DNA of 64,000 nt from Callorhinchus milii (Eukaryota): contig NW_024704743.1 in NCBI RefSeq assembly GCF_018977255.1, positions 115,818,001-115,882,000 on the forward strand. Reading direction: 5' to 3'. Positions 1 through 12,583 of the stretch are shown here, piece by piece. The notes beneath the pieces were generated by a model, which made no database searches, was not told the origin of the DNA, and saw only the letters and a program-made list of their open reading frames with translations. The number at the start of each line of letters is the position of its first letter. The first letter of the stretch is position 1. The position numbers and the translations under genes are program-made.

Positions 1-130
1 GCAGACTTTGATTCAACTTATTTTCTTCGACCGCGCTTTCGGTCATCTTTCTTGCCCCACAACCCCAGCCATCCATCACCCACCCATCTTAGACAACCCC
101 TATCCCCACCCCTCCATGAGCAGGACATAC

Positions 131-353
131 CAGGGTATCCTCCCACATAAACTGGATCGTTGGTGTCTGCAGAGGTTGACTGGAAATGGGGATTATTGGC
201 CTGAACGGTAATGCCGTCCACAGTCAGCTCGATGTGGTGTTTGCCCTTGGAGGCTTGAAGCTTGTGCCACTTGCCATCACACAGACCGTTTGTATCTCTG
301 GGCTCGTACCTGGCGGTAATTCTCCCAGCCCCATTGTTCACGTGGAACAGGAT
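131..353 (-). CDS. LAMA1: LAMA1 exon ~62, LG5
   Basis: ILFHVNNGAGRITARYEP...DPVYVGGYP; AG acceptor at 354-355, GT donor at 129-130. Confidence 0.95.
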
Positions 354-1236
354 CTGGAAGGAAAAGGAGAGAGCGTTGGTTATAGAAGGTGGTTCAAACA
401 TGTCTGACCTCTTCTCCCAGTCCCAGTGTGTGGTGGCTGCACTGGCTAATCGCCAGCAGTGCCCCTGGAGGGCTACAGATCTGCCTAGCTCCTCATTTAA
501 GAAATCAATTAGCAAACACAAAATCCATTAGCAAATCCTGAAAATCTATAACTGCTATAACAGTGAAGCTGGGGTCTTACAACCAGTAGTCTCAGGGCAC
601 GTGATCCATTACATCGCGGACATGATCACTGGTCAGCTCCATCGATGGTTCAAACCGCCGGCTGGTGCGTTGGAAAACACAAGTGTCTGATTTTCTGGTC
701 ATCAGGTCACCCAGACTTCGCTTCCTGTTCGCTGCGAGTTGGCAGGCCCATTTTAATGTTTTTGGGGGTTAATTAAATAATAATAATCCTTGCATTTGAT
801 ATAGAGCTTTTCACATCTTCGAGACGTCTCAAAGCGCTTCACAGAATATACTGTAAAATGAATTGACTGAATATATTTGTGGGCGAAACACAGCAACTAA
901 TTGCGCACAGCAGTGTCCCACACAGGATTGAAGTGACCAGTTTATTATTGTTATATCAGGGATCCACACCTCAATAAGTGACAAAGTGTATTATAATGCG
1001 GGGATCTACTGTGTATAGCAACAGCTCACTGGACTTCACAACTTGTCAATCAATCACCTACAAATACAGTAATGAAACACACTTTACGGTAAAACACTGT
1101 GAAGCTCTTAGAGACATCTCGACGAAGTGGTAAGACTATATCACATGCAAGAGTTATTTATTATTGTTGCTGTTATTATTAATAATATTGTCTGCCTGAG
1201 GCTGCGGCCAGTGGCCAGAGTTACTGATTTCATCAC

Positions 1237-1370
1237 CTTGCTGTTCACCATCTCCAGTCCGATAGCGTCCACTTTGGCGCTGCTGATACCAAACAGCACG
1301 GCATTCCTGAGCGTAGTGCGGAACTCAAACTCAACGATCATGTCAGATCTCACCCTGTAGCCTCCTTTGA
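1237..1370 (-). CDS. LAMA1: LAMA1 exon ~61, LG5
   Basis: KGGYRVRSDMIVEFEFRT...AKVDAIGLEMVNSK; GT-AG flanks. Confidence 0.95.
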
Positions 1371-1399
1371 CTGAAAAAAGAAGGCATTAGTGCAACACT

Positions 1400-1820
1400 C
1401 AACAACAACAACTTGCATTTATATAGGGCCCTTCACACAGGATAGTATCTCGGAGCGATGCACAGTGGTGGCTGTTGGCCGACAAGCAAGGGAGAAAGGG
1501 GAGGTGACCATAGAAGTGGTCGAAGAGGTAGACGGTTTGAGGCAGGGAGTTCTAGAGGTTAGGGGTATAGTGGCTGAAGGCCTGGTCACTGATGGTGTCG
1601 TGGTGGGTTGGGGGGATGCACAGCATGTCTGTGCCAGCTGATTGAAGAGCGTGGGCAGGGGAGTGGGATATAAGCAGGTCAGACAGGTTGGGAGATGCCT
1701 AGGGCATGAAGCGATCTGTATGCGAGGATGAGGATCTTGGAACCGAGCACGGGGAGCCAGTGGAGCCTGGCGAGGACTGGGGTGGTGATGGCTGATTGTC
1801 CGGAAACATCACAGCATGAA
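1400..1820 (-). mobile_element. Old L2 3' fragment
   Basis: (CAA)n-cttgcatttatatag tail; [28 protein letters not shown]. Confidence 0.8.
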
Positions 1821-2165
1821 AGCAAACCTTCCATCCCAAGTCTGCCTCTGCCCGGTGTTTCCCACCGCACGAATCACCTAACTCCATCCCATTTCTCCCC
1901 TCTGCCCTCCAAAACACTCAACATTCCTCATGTTCAAACACCCATGTAAATTCTCTCATTAAAATAACTGATGGACTGTGCCTCCGTTAAGGTTTGTGGC
2001 AGTGAATTCCACATTCCAGTCGCACTCTGGGTCACAAATGTTTTTTCTCCCAAACTCTCTTCTCTTCCCCACCGGTTCAATCTTAAATTCTAATTTCTGC
2101 TTCACTTTTGTGGGGAGATCAGTGTGTGGCAGACCAAAACCTCGCACTGTGGAGCTCAGTCTTAC

Positions 2166-2319
2166 CTAACGCAGCAAAGCCAGTGCCATCGAAGAAAGTG
2201 CCCTCCTGCACAACCGTGTAACAGCGGCCGACAGTCAGTATAGAGAGCGGTCGTTCCGTGTCCAGTGGCTTGTTATTCAAGCTCACGCTGCTGATGCAGG
2301 CGGGGACACTGTGGGTAAC
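2166..2319 (-). CDS. LAMA1: LAMA1 exon ~60, LG4/LG5 junction
   Basis: VTHSVPACISSVSLNNKPLD...CYTVVQEGTFFDGTGFAAL (hand-translated, absent from the ORF track). Confidence 0.95.
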
Positions 2320-2384
2320 CTGTTACAATAGAGAGTTACTCATATTAAAGGTCTGCATAAGAAGAGGCAATTTTCCACAAATCT

Positions 2385-2920
2385 CCAAGAGGGAGCCCAT
2401 AACTAGAGCACATGAATGAAAATAAGGCAATCAGTGGTAGATCTAACAGGGAGTTTAGGATAGGGTGACCTGGGCTGAGGTATTGTGTCCCTGGGGCAAA
2501 GCTTGCCCTGTCTTAAGTTCAGCAACAAACTGAGCAAGAACAATAACATTCTAAAACAGACACACTCATCAGTGAAATACAGTCGTTAACCCAACAAGCT
2601 TCTCCAGTAACTGCCAGCATCAGCAATTGTGGTCAGTTAAAAATGTTTCTATACGTGTGTCGCCAGATTTGGTTTACGAAATATGGTCACTATAGTTTAG
2701 GAGCAACCTCTTCAAGCCTAGAGCGGCGAGTATGTGGAACTCGCTGCCAGGGGCTGTGGTTGAAGAAACTAACCATCAATGTATTAAGAGAAAACTTGAT
2801 GTTGACATGAGGGAAAAGGGAATGGAGAGGTACAGGAGGGGTGGGGTTTTATGTAGAGCATAAACACCAGTGCAGACCAGTTGGGTCGTAAGTCCTATGT
2901 TTCCGTGTTGTATCACTCGA
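2385..2920 (+). mobile_element. CR1 3' fragment (host of the hAT MITE)
   Basis: tggaactcgctgcca...gtggttgaag and ttgggtcgtaagtcctatgtttccgtgttgta resemble the other CR1 ends in the window. Confidence 0.7.
2461..2694. mobile_element. Non-autonomous hAT (Blackjack-like) DNA transposon/MITE
   Basis: TIRs TAGGGTGACC...GGTCACTATA; perfect 8-bp TSD GTTTAGGA at 2453-2460 and 2695-2702; interrupts a CR1 fragment. Confidence 0.75.
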
Positions 2921-2949
2921 TCTTAAATTTTAAGAGAAAGTGGTGCTGC

Positions 2950-3205
2950 AACCTGAGCCTAGGTGGAATTCCAAGCCTGTGAGGATCTCAGGATAAAGAT
3001 GGACCTTTTGCTGATTGTGGAACTCACTGCCCGAAGCGAGGGTTGAAGCAGATGATATAGACATATTTAAGAGGAAGTGGGATATACACATGAGGGAGAA
3101 GGAAATGGAAGGCTCTGAGAGGGAGTAAGGAGTGTATGGGGGACTCGCGTGAAGTATAAACGCAAGTACTGACTGGTTGGGCAAGGGCCCTGTTTCTGCG
3201 CTCTC
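2950..3205 (+). mobile_element. CR1 3' fragment next to the exon 59 donor
   Basis: tggaactcactgcccgaagcgagggttgaagca...gggccctgtttctgcgct. Confidence 0.7.
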
Positions 3206-3220
3206 CACTGCGGTTCTTAC

Positions 3221-3373
3221 ATTCTTGATTTTTTTGGGGATGAGGTCCTGGGGCAGCCCTCCCAGGTAGAGTTTCCCTTCCACGTCCAAAAGGTTTCCCT
3301 CTGCCATAGACGGGCTGGATTCTTCCCCGTCCACGCTGACCGTTCCCCTCTTCTTTGAGTACTCTGTTGTTAC
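3221..3373 (-). CDS. LAMA1: LAMA1 exon ~59, LG4
   Basis: VTTEYSKKRGTVSVDG...LDVEGKLYLGGLPQDLIPKKIKN. Confidence 0.95.
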
Positions 3374-4699
3374 CTGCCGAGGAAAGGCAAGCAAGGCAGG
3401 GTAAGCTCTTCACAGCAGCAAGACTGGCTGTTGCATAATTTCTTTAGTGAAAACGATTCAAAAGATCACAGGAAAGGTTCGGGTGAGGGAGGCCCTTTAG
3501 CTTATTTGATCATCCAGAACTCCACCCACTCTACTGCCTTCCCACATCACTTACAAATACACTGTCACTACACTTTACAGTAAATCCAGTGAAGCACTTG
3601 AGATGTTCCCTCAACCCGAAAGGCGGTACATCAAATATAAGGATTATTATCGTTATTCCCATCACGACATCGAACTGTTTCTTAAATGAAGCCCAGCATT
3701 CTGGCATCAACCACCCTTTGTGGTAACCTGTTCTAGATGTTAATTACTCTCTGTAAAAAAAACTAATAATTAATCATAACAATCCCTGCATCTGATATAG
3801 CACCGTCCACATTAGGAGGTTGTTTCAAAACTCTTCACAGGATTCTCTGGGATGTCCTCCTGACGTGAAAGGCACTGCACAAATGTAATTTGTTGTTATT
3901 GTTGTTTACTGTATTATAGTGACTGTATTTTGTAGGTGAATTTCCTGGCATGTGTCCTAAATTTGCTCTTCAGAAAAACAACAATAACTTGCATTATACA
4001 GTGCCCTTCACCCAGGATAACATCTTGGAGTGGCTCACAATGGCGGGGCTGAAAGCCGAACAAGGGAGAGTAGGAGCTATCTCTTCAACTACAGCCGTGG
4101 TTGAAGAGATATATTTTATGCCAGGGTTTGAAGACAGACTGAGGGGTAGATGAAAGTAGTTCTAGAGATTAGGGTCACAGTGACTGATGGCTCAGCCATA
4201 ATGGTGATGCGGATGTATAGCAGGACCGAGTTACTTGAGCGCAGGGGGTCTTGAACCTTTAGCCCAAGGTCGTGTCCTCCTATCTAAGCATATCTGAAAA
4301 TACGTTTGGCCCACAAAATTTAGTCAATCCACTTTGTAGTATATTTTGTGAAGTGCTTTGAGATGTCTCAATGATGTGATAAGGCCTGTATTCAATGTAA
4401 GGATTATTATTATATTATTCTTATGTTTCTGGGTTTAGCTTCATAATTCCTTTTAATATCTTGTACACCTCTGCAAGGGCCACTCCGAGACCTTATCTTT
4501 CAAGGCTGAAGAGCCCAAGCTTATCAGTCATTCTGCACGGCTGATCCCTTTAACATTAAAAACACGACTGCAGAAATCACGTATACAACAAGTTTCACAC
4601 CGCTTTTGACTTAGGATTGATGTTTTAAAGCACTTCACGATGATGGTGGGAATCGCTGAGGAGAGGCGAGGAGAGGAAATTTAAGGGTGTTGGACTCAC

Positions 4700-4889
4700 C
4701 ATGTGCCATTTCCCATCATTGATGGGCTTGGGCAGCATTGCTATGGCGGCACCTTTGCCCAGATCGAACAGGAAGCGTAACCGTCCCTCCCACAGCTGCA
4801 GAGCAGCGAAGTCCACTTGGTTTTGATTGGCCATGTAATACACCAGGCCGCTGGAGGCAAATGTTCGGATCTTCAGCTGGAGAGTAAAC
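4700..4889 (-). CDS. LAMA1: LAMA1 exon ~58, LG4
   Basis: FTLQLKIRTFASSGLVYYMANQNQVDFAALQL...FDLGKG...DGKWHM. Confidence 0.95.
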
Positions 4890-5744
4890 CTGAAAGACAC
4901 AGGGAAACATGACCTGCAATTCTTCCCCCTGTGAAGCCAAACCCACTTCCAGCCCGTTGACTACTGGTTAGAGTTCTCTGATGTCCTGGTTTAATATAAA
5001 GTCAATTGATTCCAATTTCTCTCCTATGACAGGTTAGGGTAAGGGTGTTGGCCAACACAACACACAGTGACTCCACTTTACAGTAAATCCTGTGAAGCAC
5101 TTTGAGATGTCCCCCCTGACGTGAAAGGTGCCAGCTAAAATGTAAGTTATTACGAGGATATGTGGAGTGTATAAATATATTATGTTAGTGGGAGAGGGGA
5201 GGAAATAAAATTTCTGCCACGGTTGGGGTTAAGTGATTCCTTGTGTCTGATGCCTCTAATGTGATAGTATAAATCGCGAGCGCTTGAACCACTTCACAAA
5301 GATGATGGGAACCAAGTGAGAAGTGAGGAGAGGAGGGTGAGTTGTTTTTCAGGCAGAGATTATGTAGTTTCTGCATTGAAGCAACACTGATCTGAAAGAG
5401 CTGAATTGTAATACGATTCATAAAATCATCATCATCATCCACGACTGTCTGTGGGACACAGCTGTGCGCAATTGGCTGCCGCGTTTCGCCCACAAAATAT
5501 ACAGTCAAGTAACTTTAGAGTATATTGTGTAAAGCACTTTGAGACGTCTCGAAGACGTGATAAGGCACTATATCACATGCAAGCATTATTATTATTATCA
5601 TTAATAAAATAATAATAATTTTTGCATTTAATAAAACAATTTTCATGTTAGGAGGCGTTCTCAAAGTGCTTCACATGAATTGTTTTCTTTTATTTTAAGT
5701 GGAGTAACTGTTGATTTGTAGGCAATCGCAACAACAATAGAAAA

Positions 5745-6086
5745 ATGACATTTGTATATAGTGTCTTTCACATCGGAAGGACGTTCCAAGGCACTAATCC
5801 CAAATGCAGCAGCTAATTTGCACACAGCAATGTCCTGCAAACAGTCATGGAGTTAATGACAAATTTTATTTGAGGGACAGGACACCGGAAGAAACTCCCT
5901 ACTCTTTTCGAATAGCGCCATGAGATCTTTAATGTCTATCTGAACAGGCAGACAGGACCTGAGTTTAACATCTCATGGCACCCACTGCTCAAACACTGTT
6001 TGAATTCAAAATCCAAATGTGGTGCTTGAACTCACAACCTTCTGACTCAGGAGGTGAGAATGCTACCAATGGAGCTAAGCTGATAC
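5745..6086 (-). mobile_element. DeuSINE copy
   Basis: ggacaccggaagaaactccc...ctgaacaggcagacaggacctgagtttaacatctcat...cttgaactcacaaccttctgactcag. Confidence 0.7.
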
Positions 6087-7632
6087 CATGAAATTGAACC
6101 AATGCACCTCAAGCATAAAATTCAGGGAACAAAACGGATTTACCAGTAAATGAAGAGATAAATTGGTCCACAAATCTAAGATAGAAACCAACAGTGGAAA
6201 ATCCCACTGTAATAAATAAGACTTGTTTACCTCTCAGTTTTCATTATTTATCGCTATTTCTAAACACAAGCATTCTTCCGTTAATGACGTTAGAATGAAC
6301 TAATGAATCAGAGCTTAACAATTTAGCAGCCGCCCTAATGCTCAGCAACTATAAACTTTGCCTTTGCAACAAACAGTCAAAGCTCCAATCAGAAAAGCCA
6401 AACCCTACACAATGGCTTTGCACACGGAGGGACAAGGGTGTCCTCTGGTGGAGACAAGAGAGAAAGGTGGTTCCCACTTTTCCCATTTGAAGAGACCAGT
6501 TTATTCCTTAAAGGATTTGGGAATGATATGCGACTGTCCAGCAGTGCAGGTAGGGGAGGTTGAAATTGCAAAACCATATTACCATTGCAATCAAAAATGC
6601 AGACAAAAGTAACCAATAGTTATTGGAATGGGACAGGGCCATTCAGCCCCTGGAGTCTGTTCCACCAGTTCACTGGTTCATGACGGATCTTTTAATTCCA
6701 TTTTCCCATCTGTTCCCACACCCCTAATAATACTCTTAATTCCGAAGAAACTATCTATCTCCCTATTGAACGTGGCAAATATTATGCCTGTAAGATTTTC
6801 TGGGACAGTGCATTCCAAGTTCTCACAATCCCTTTTTGTGTGAAAAAATGTTTCATGATCTAATTTCTGAGCCCCTAGAGGTCTGATTTTAAGATCATGT
6901 CCCTTGGTTGGATCTGGCTAGCCAAGGGAAAAGGGAAAAGTCGTCCATGATCTAGCTGATCAATTCCCTTTGTTATTTTAAACACCTCAATCAGAAAAAG
7001 TGACTAGTGATTGGTGTTTATGTAACATTTCAGAACTTCGGCAATTTTGAAATTAAAGTTAAGATTGAATTCAACAATTTGCCACATTCTGAAATCTCTG
7101 AAATGTTACATAGAAAGAATAAATCTAGATCCAGGTGGAACTTCTCCCCAGTAATCTTTGGGTTAAATATGGATTTTCAAAGTGACAGGACCCTTTTGAG
7201 CCCCTTTATTACTACTACTACTAATAATAATCATCATACTTAACTTATATATAGTGCCTTATCACATTAGCGAAACATCTCAAAGTGCTTCACAGGATCT
7301 TATTGTAAAAATATAGTGACTCTGTATTTATATACCGATGTGGCACCCAATGGGTGCACACAGCAATGGCCCACAAACCGCCATGAAGTGAATGACCTAT
7401 TTTATTTTGGGGGATTGCTGGATAAGACACTAAAGAATGGCACCTCTGACAATACTGCACTTCCCCTAGCACCGCCTTGGAAGTGTCGTCTTAGGCGATA
7501 AGCTCAAAGTGCTATCAACTGTTCCAGGCAGACACCCAATGGGACCTTCACCATCAAGTCTGTGACTTATGTTCCAGTGCGAATAGCCCGCAGCCTTCAC
7601 AGTCACTCAATAGTACAACACCCTGCACTTAC

Positions 7633-7745
7633 TTTCTCTTCACTGTGGTCGCGTCGAGAGACAATATCATGTGACTGCCTTGTGTGAGTCCAAATTGGTA
7701 CGAATTGGAATCAACCTTCGCCAGTTCATCTACAGCACACTGTGC
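7633..7745 (-). CDS. LAMA1: LAMA1 exon ~57, hinge/LG4 start
   Basis: AQCAVDELAKVDSNSYQFGLTQGSHMILSLDATTVKR; phases 0/2 fit neighbouring exons. Confidence 0.92.
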
Positions 7746-7914
7746 CTGTTGGCCAGAATGGGAGAAAAACATACACGTTCAAAAAGAGCTAGTAAGTCAT
7801 TTGATGGAGCATAAAAATGTATTACTTCCAGCCTCATTCCCCCCTGCTTTCCCCCCACCCGAGCACCAGCATGGGCGATGGGCAGAAAGTCTGTCCATAA
7901 GATTCTATCGATCA

Positions 7915-8230
7915 ACAAAAACAACTTGCATTTATCTAGCTCTCTTCAGAAAGGGTAGTGTCTCGAAGCACTTCACAGTGGTGGAGCACAACGGAGAGCC
8001 GGGAGAGGTAGCTATAAGTGCGGACGAAGAGGAAAGTCTTCAGGGGGAAGAAGGGGGCAAGGCAGAGGTGCTGTGGAAAAGAGTTCCAAAGTTTAAGGGG
8101 CATAGTGGCCGATGGTGGAGCAGAGGGGATGAGACAGACGAGCAGAGGCAGCAGATGGTGGAATGTAGAAATAAGCAGGTTGGAGAGGTAGGGAGGTGCC
8201 AGGGTGTGAAGGGATTTGTATTCGGTTAGG
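7915..8230 (-). mobile_element. Old L2 3' fragment
   Basis: YKSLHTLAPPYLSNLL...KLWNSFPQHL...LKTFLF plus L2-type tail. Confidence 0.75.
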
Positions 8231-8606
8231 AATTGCAAGTGAGGCACCGACCTCCCTTTCTGATCTTCCCATAGGGAAGGGATCTGACTATGGAAACATG
8301 AAGCCCATGATAGACAATTTGGTTCCTCAATGTGGCCCAGCTCCTCATCAAATTCAAATAAAGTACAGACAGAGCCTAGGTTTAACATCTCATCCGAAAG
8401 ATGGCGCCTCTCCCCCAGCATTGCACTATGAGCTCAAGTACTGCTTAAACTCACAATCTTCGAGGGCCAAAGACAAGAAGAATGTTAGCAAATGAACTAA
8501 GCTGACACCTAACAACAGGAAAAGAAGGAAGGAGGGATCTGTGAAGTTTGACCAAATGTTGTTCATTTTCTCTAGAGAACAATGGAGTTGACCCCAGCCT
8601 CCTTAC

Positions 8607-8787
8607 AATTTTGCCAGGGGAAGGAATGCCTTGGACTGCCTTCAGAGCTTTGTCTGTAGGTATAAAGGAAGGTGAGGAATCCAATGCTCTCTCATCTGGC
8701 TGCAGTTCAGCTTTGGGCTTCTCTGAGAGCTCACAGCTGTCCAGACCAATGTTCTTGTACTTCAGAGCACCAGTGAAATCCAACAAC
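8607..8787 (-). CDS. LAMA1: LAMA1 exon ~56, LG3 end plus hinge
   Basis: LLDFTGALKYKNIGLDSCELSEKPK...GIPSPGKI; donor ATT|GTAAGG is in frame (donor position less certain). Confidence 0.85.
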
Positions 8788-9616
8788 CTGCAGGGAAATA
8801 TTAAAAAAAAGTACTCTGTGGGTTATTCTTCATAAAGGTTTTTTTTTAAATCATATGCAATGCATTAATAATGGGAACAACAACAACTTGTATTTACACA
8901 AGAGCCTTTCACACAGGTTGAACATTGCAAAGTACTTTACAAAGACGATGTGGATCACTGGGACGAGAAGGCAGGAGGGGGAAATTTGAGGCTGTTTTCT
9001 TTAAGGTGAGACAAATTGGATTTTGGTAGAGCTTTAGAGAGCGGGGCCATAGTAGGTGAGAGTCACTGTGGTAGGGTACAGAGGGTGAGGAAAGAGCAGC
9101 AGTTCACAGTTGGGAATAGTGGAGGGAGAATAGGGCTGGAAGAAACTGCACATGTCAGGGAGGGGGATTGGAAGGTCAGGACCAGAATCTTGAAGTAATA
9201 CTTGATTTCGATTACACGGAAATCGGTGCCCAGATCAGTTTAAACGCTCTGGGACACTACCCTCGCCTGTGTGAAGGACACTATATAAATGCAAGTTGTT
9301 GTTTCATAAAAGTATGATTGAAATGTAGCAAGCCACTTTTATAGAACTGCATTTTTGTTAAAGCAAATACACTGCAACAATTTAAAAAAATGTAGAACAA
9401 CAACAACTTGCATTTATATAGCGCCCCTCACTCAGGGTAGAGTCCCAGAGCACTTGATAGTGGTAGAACACGACGCCGTAGGCAAAATGACCGTAGAACA
9501 AAGAATATACTTTTTTTTAAACATCTCAAAGCACTTCAAAGTAATTAGTGTTTGGTGTAGTCACTGTTTTTTTGTACGCAATTTCTATCCAGTGATCCAG
9601 CAAGGATCAAACTTAC

Positions 9617-9802
9617 TCAGTGTTTAGGACCAAATTCTTAATGCAACCCTTGAATGATTTGGCCACTTTCAGGTTTGCAACACCTTCGCCTGCTGGAACT
9701 CCACCAACGTAGAGTTTGGTGATGTTTAACGGGCTGTTATCTGTTGAGGATCCAAGTCTCACTTCAGAGAGGTTCCCTTCATCAACCTGCAAAGTCACTA
9801 TC
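9617..9802 (-). CDS. LAMA1: LAMA1 exon ~55, LG3
   Basis: IVTLQVDEG...KLYVGGVPAGEG...SFKGCIKNLVLNT. Confidence 0.95.
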
Positions 9803-10714
9803 CTGCAAGAGGTAAGGGATAAGAGTTCAATGTGGAAAAGAGGAGGCATCGTATTGATCCTAGTGGGTAAAGAATGTCCCTGGAAATTTCACAGGGAATG
9901 ACGTTAGCAACAACCTGATAATTGTGACCAGAGGTTGGTCCTTGGTTAATGTGAGAGAAGGTGAACGGTGTGTTAAATAACAATAATAATAATAATCATT
10001 GTATTTTGACAAAGTCCCTTATGACATCATCAAAAAGGCTCAAATCATTCACACCCACAGGAATCACTGGAAATGGGTATTGTTGGCCAGGACCCTGGCA
10101 GAAACTTCCCATTTAAGATGAGATAAGACGAAGCAAGAAGGTTTCTACACCAAAATTTTAAATTTTTCTGTGCAATGTTGTGATCCACTTCCCAACCAAG
10201 TTATCAGTCAACTCGTATTATAACAAAACACCTTATAACTGGGTTACAATACAATGCAATTTATACTTATACAGTGCCTTTCACATTGGGAGCACATCCC
10301 AAAGTGCTTGACAATTCTGGACGGGCTCCAGGGCGGAAGGTGGGAGCCGAGAGGGGTTGGGGGAAAGGGAAAGTTGACCTGAAGCACACTCAAAGAGGTA
10401 TGTTTTGAGTCTTAGGGAGGAAACAAATCACAAGGTCCAGAGAATGGAGTTTCAAGGTCCTACTGTATTAACCTCTCCCCATTACAGTACAAACTATGAC
10501 ACAAATTTACATTTATATAATGCCTTTCATGTCAGGATGGGAGCTGGGGGAGAGGGGAAGAGTAAGGTCTTGAGATAGACCTTGAAAGCAGTGAGGGAGT
10601 GAGGGACTCCAGGATGGAATTCCAGAGAATGGGGGAGATAAGCTGAAACCCTGACCCCCAGCAGATCAAACCATGAAACCCTGAAGCAGATCAATACTGG
10701 GGAAGTGCACACAC

Positions 10715-10866
10715 CTCTTGTTTCTGCTCACGATAATCGAATGCTCCTGTCCGTCACTTAAAGTTCCCGATGGGTCTTTGGCAACCAGCCTTCTGGTGTG
10801 GATGCTGTCCCCGGTGTTGATGTGGACTTCCAGGTGCCCGTCAACCAACATGATGGCGAAGAAAGG
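10715..10866 (-). CDS. LAMA1: LAMA1 exon ~54, LG3
   Basis: PFFAIMLVDGHLEVHINTGD...SDGQEHSIIVSRNK. Confidence 0.94.
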
Positions 10867-11423
10867 CTAAAGGCCATTTATTGGGGGCGGGGGAAGTGGG
10901 AGAGGGCAGAGGGGGAAATTAAAAAAAATGTTTTCATTCTCTTTGTTTGTCATTATTGTGAATTTGTGCCTTTCTGTTACTGATTCATTGACCAGTAGAA
11001 ATAATCTGTTACTGTTTACCCCATCAAAAACCCGTGTAATCTTAAAGCTCTCCTTTGGGTCACCCCATGACCTTGTCAGCTTCACTAATAAGCACTAACT
11101 TCTCAAGGCCCTCCTTGTAACTAAAACACTCATTCCTGGTAACAATGTTGTCAGTCTAGCCTGCACGTCTTTCATTGAATTTATATCTTTCTTTTAGATA
11201 TCATGTGTATTGGAATGGAATACACACTCTGTCCCGGGAGAGACATATTCCTCTTACTTAATTCCGAAAAGTATTAGGTGCAGGCTGGTGAAAGCCAAGG
11301 CTTGGGGACCCCAGGGTGTGCACTGGGGTAAACTGCTTGAGTTTTTTCTCTATTCAGGGTATTTCTGTTCTCTTTACTGCTTTTTTTGCCAAACACTGGC
11401 CGAGTTTCATGTTATTCACTCAC

Positions 11424-11594
11424 CAGCTTGGTCTGTCGACGGCTCCGGCTTCTGCCAGACTTGCCAAAACCGGCCAATATGATGCCAGTCTTGTTCTTCG
11501 TGGCAAAGGTTGCCATAAGATCCGCTACCACCGGCAAGGCTTTGGGTCGCAGCTGAATATAACCGTCATTTAAGATGGTCACACTTCGGATAGG
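11424..11594 (-). CDS. LAMA1: LAMA1 exon ~53, LG3 start
   Basis: PIRSVTILNDGYIQLRPKAL...TFATKNKTGIILAGFGKSGRSRSRRQTKL (hand-translated). Confidence 0.94.
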
Positions 11595-11644
11595 CTGGTT
11601 AAAAAAAGTTTAATTCAGATATTGATAATAATCCATGCAATTGA

Positions 11645-12107
11645 TGAAGCACCTTTCACGTCAGGAGGACGTCTCAAAACACTTCATAGGATATACTGTA
11701 AAGTGTAATGATTGTGTGTTTTGTAGGAGAATGCAGCAGACAATTTGTGCAGCAATGTGAATGACCACACTCTTATTTGGGATTGTTGGCCAGGACCTCC
11801 CTGGGTGAAATTCACTTCTCTTTTCAAATAGGGTTATGGGATCTTTATAATACATGCAGACAGGAGTTCAGTTTAACATCTCACCCGAAGGACGGCACCG
11901 TTAAGTATCGAGCATTTAAGCGCTCTGAGACGCCGTCCGGCGTGGAGGGCGCTATATAAATCCAAGTTGTTGTTGTTGGTGTTCCCCCAGCATTGTATTG
12001 AAGTGTCAGCCTATAGACTATAGGAGCTCCAAGTCTCGATGTGAGACTTAAACCCACAACCTTTTGACTCAGAGGCGAAGCTGCTACCAACTGAGCCAGG
12101 ATGACAC
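11645..12107 (-). mobile_element. DeuSINE copy with an inverted L2-tail insertion
   Basis: Reverse-complement head (ccaactgagccaggatgacac) and core (tttaacatctcacccgaaggacggcacc). Confidence 0.7.
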
Positions 12108-12468
12108 CTAAAATATTGTAAGCTGTGCGTTTGGCGTAGTGCCTACAACATTTCAAAGCACTTCACAGATAACTGCTGTTAGTACAGAGGCTATGTATTT
12201 CCAGGTAAACAAGACAGGCAATTTGTACAGAACATGGTTCCAGAAACAGCCTGATAGACTGATTTTGTAAATATGCGAGATTTGCAAAACTGCCGGGAAA
12301 TCCAGCAAAAAGATCAGAAGATGAAACATCCTGTTCTGTTTGATAGATCCTACCGCCCCACCCCCCCCAGATTTTTCCAGATAACAATCAGCCACTTCCA
12401 GAATCACGCAAAGTGATATCGCTAACTGCCAAAGAAAAAGTTCTCATCGTCTTAAAATCTTTCATTAC

Positions 12469-12583
12469 CTGAAGGCGACAGCCTTTCTTCACCCCCAAGG
12501 AATTCCTAAGCAGGTCAAACGTAGAGCGGGAGATCTCCACATTCTTCAAGCAGCCAATAAATGTTCTGCTGAGAACTTCTTTC
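12469..12583 (-). CDS. LAMA1: LAMA1 exon ~52, LG2 end
   Basis: KEVLSRTFIGCLKNVEISRSTFDLLRNSLGVKKGCRLQ. Confidence 0.95.

Noticed and set aside
575..760. Possible hAT-Charlie-like MITE starting cagtagtctc
   Set aside because: No matching right TIR or TSD found.
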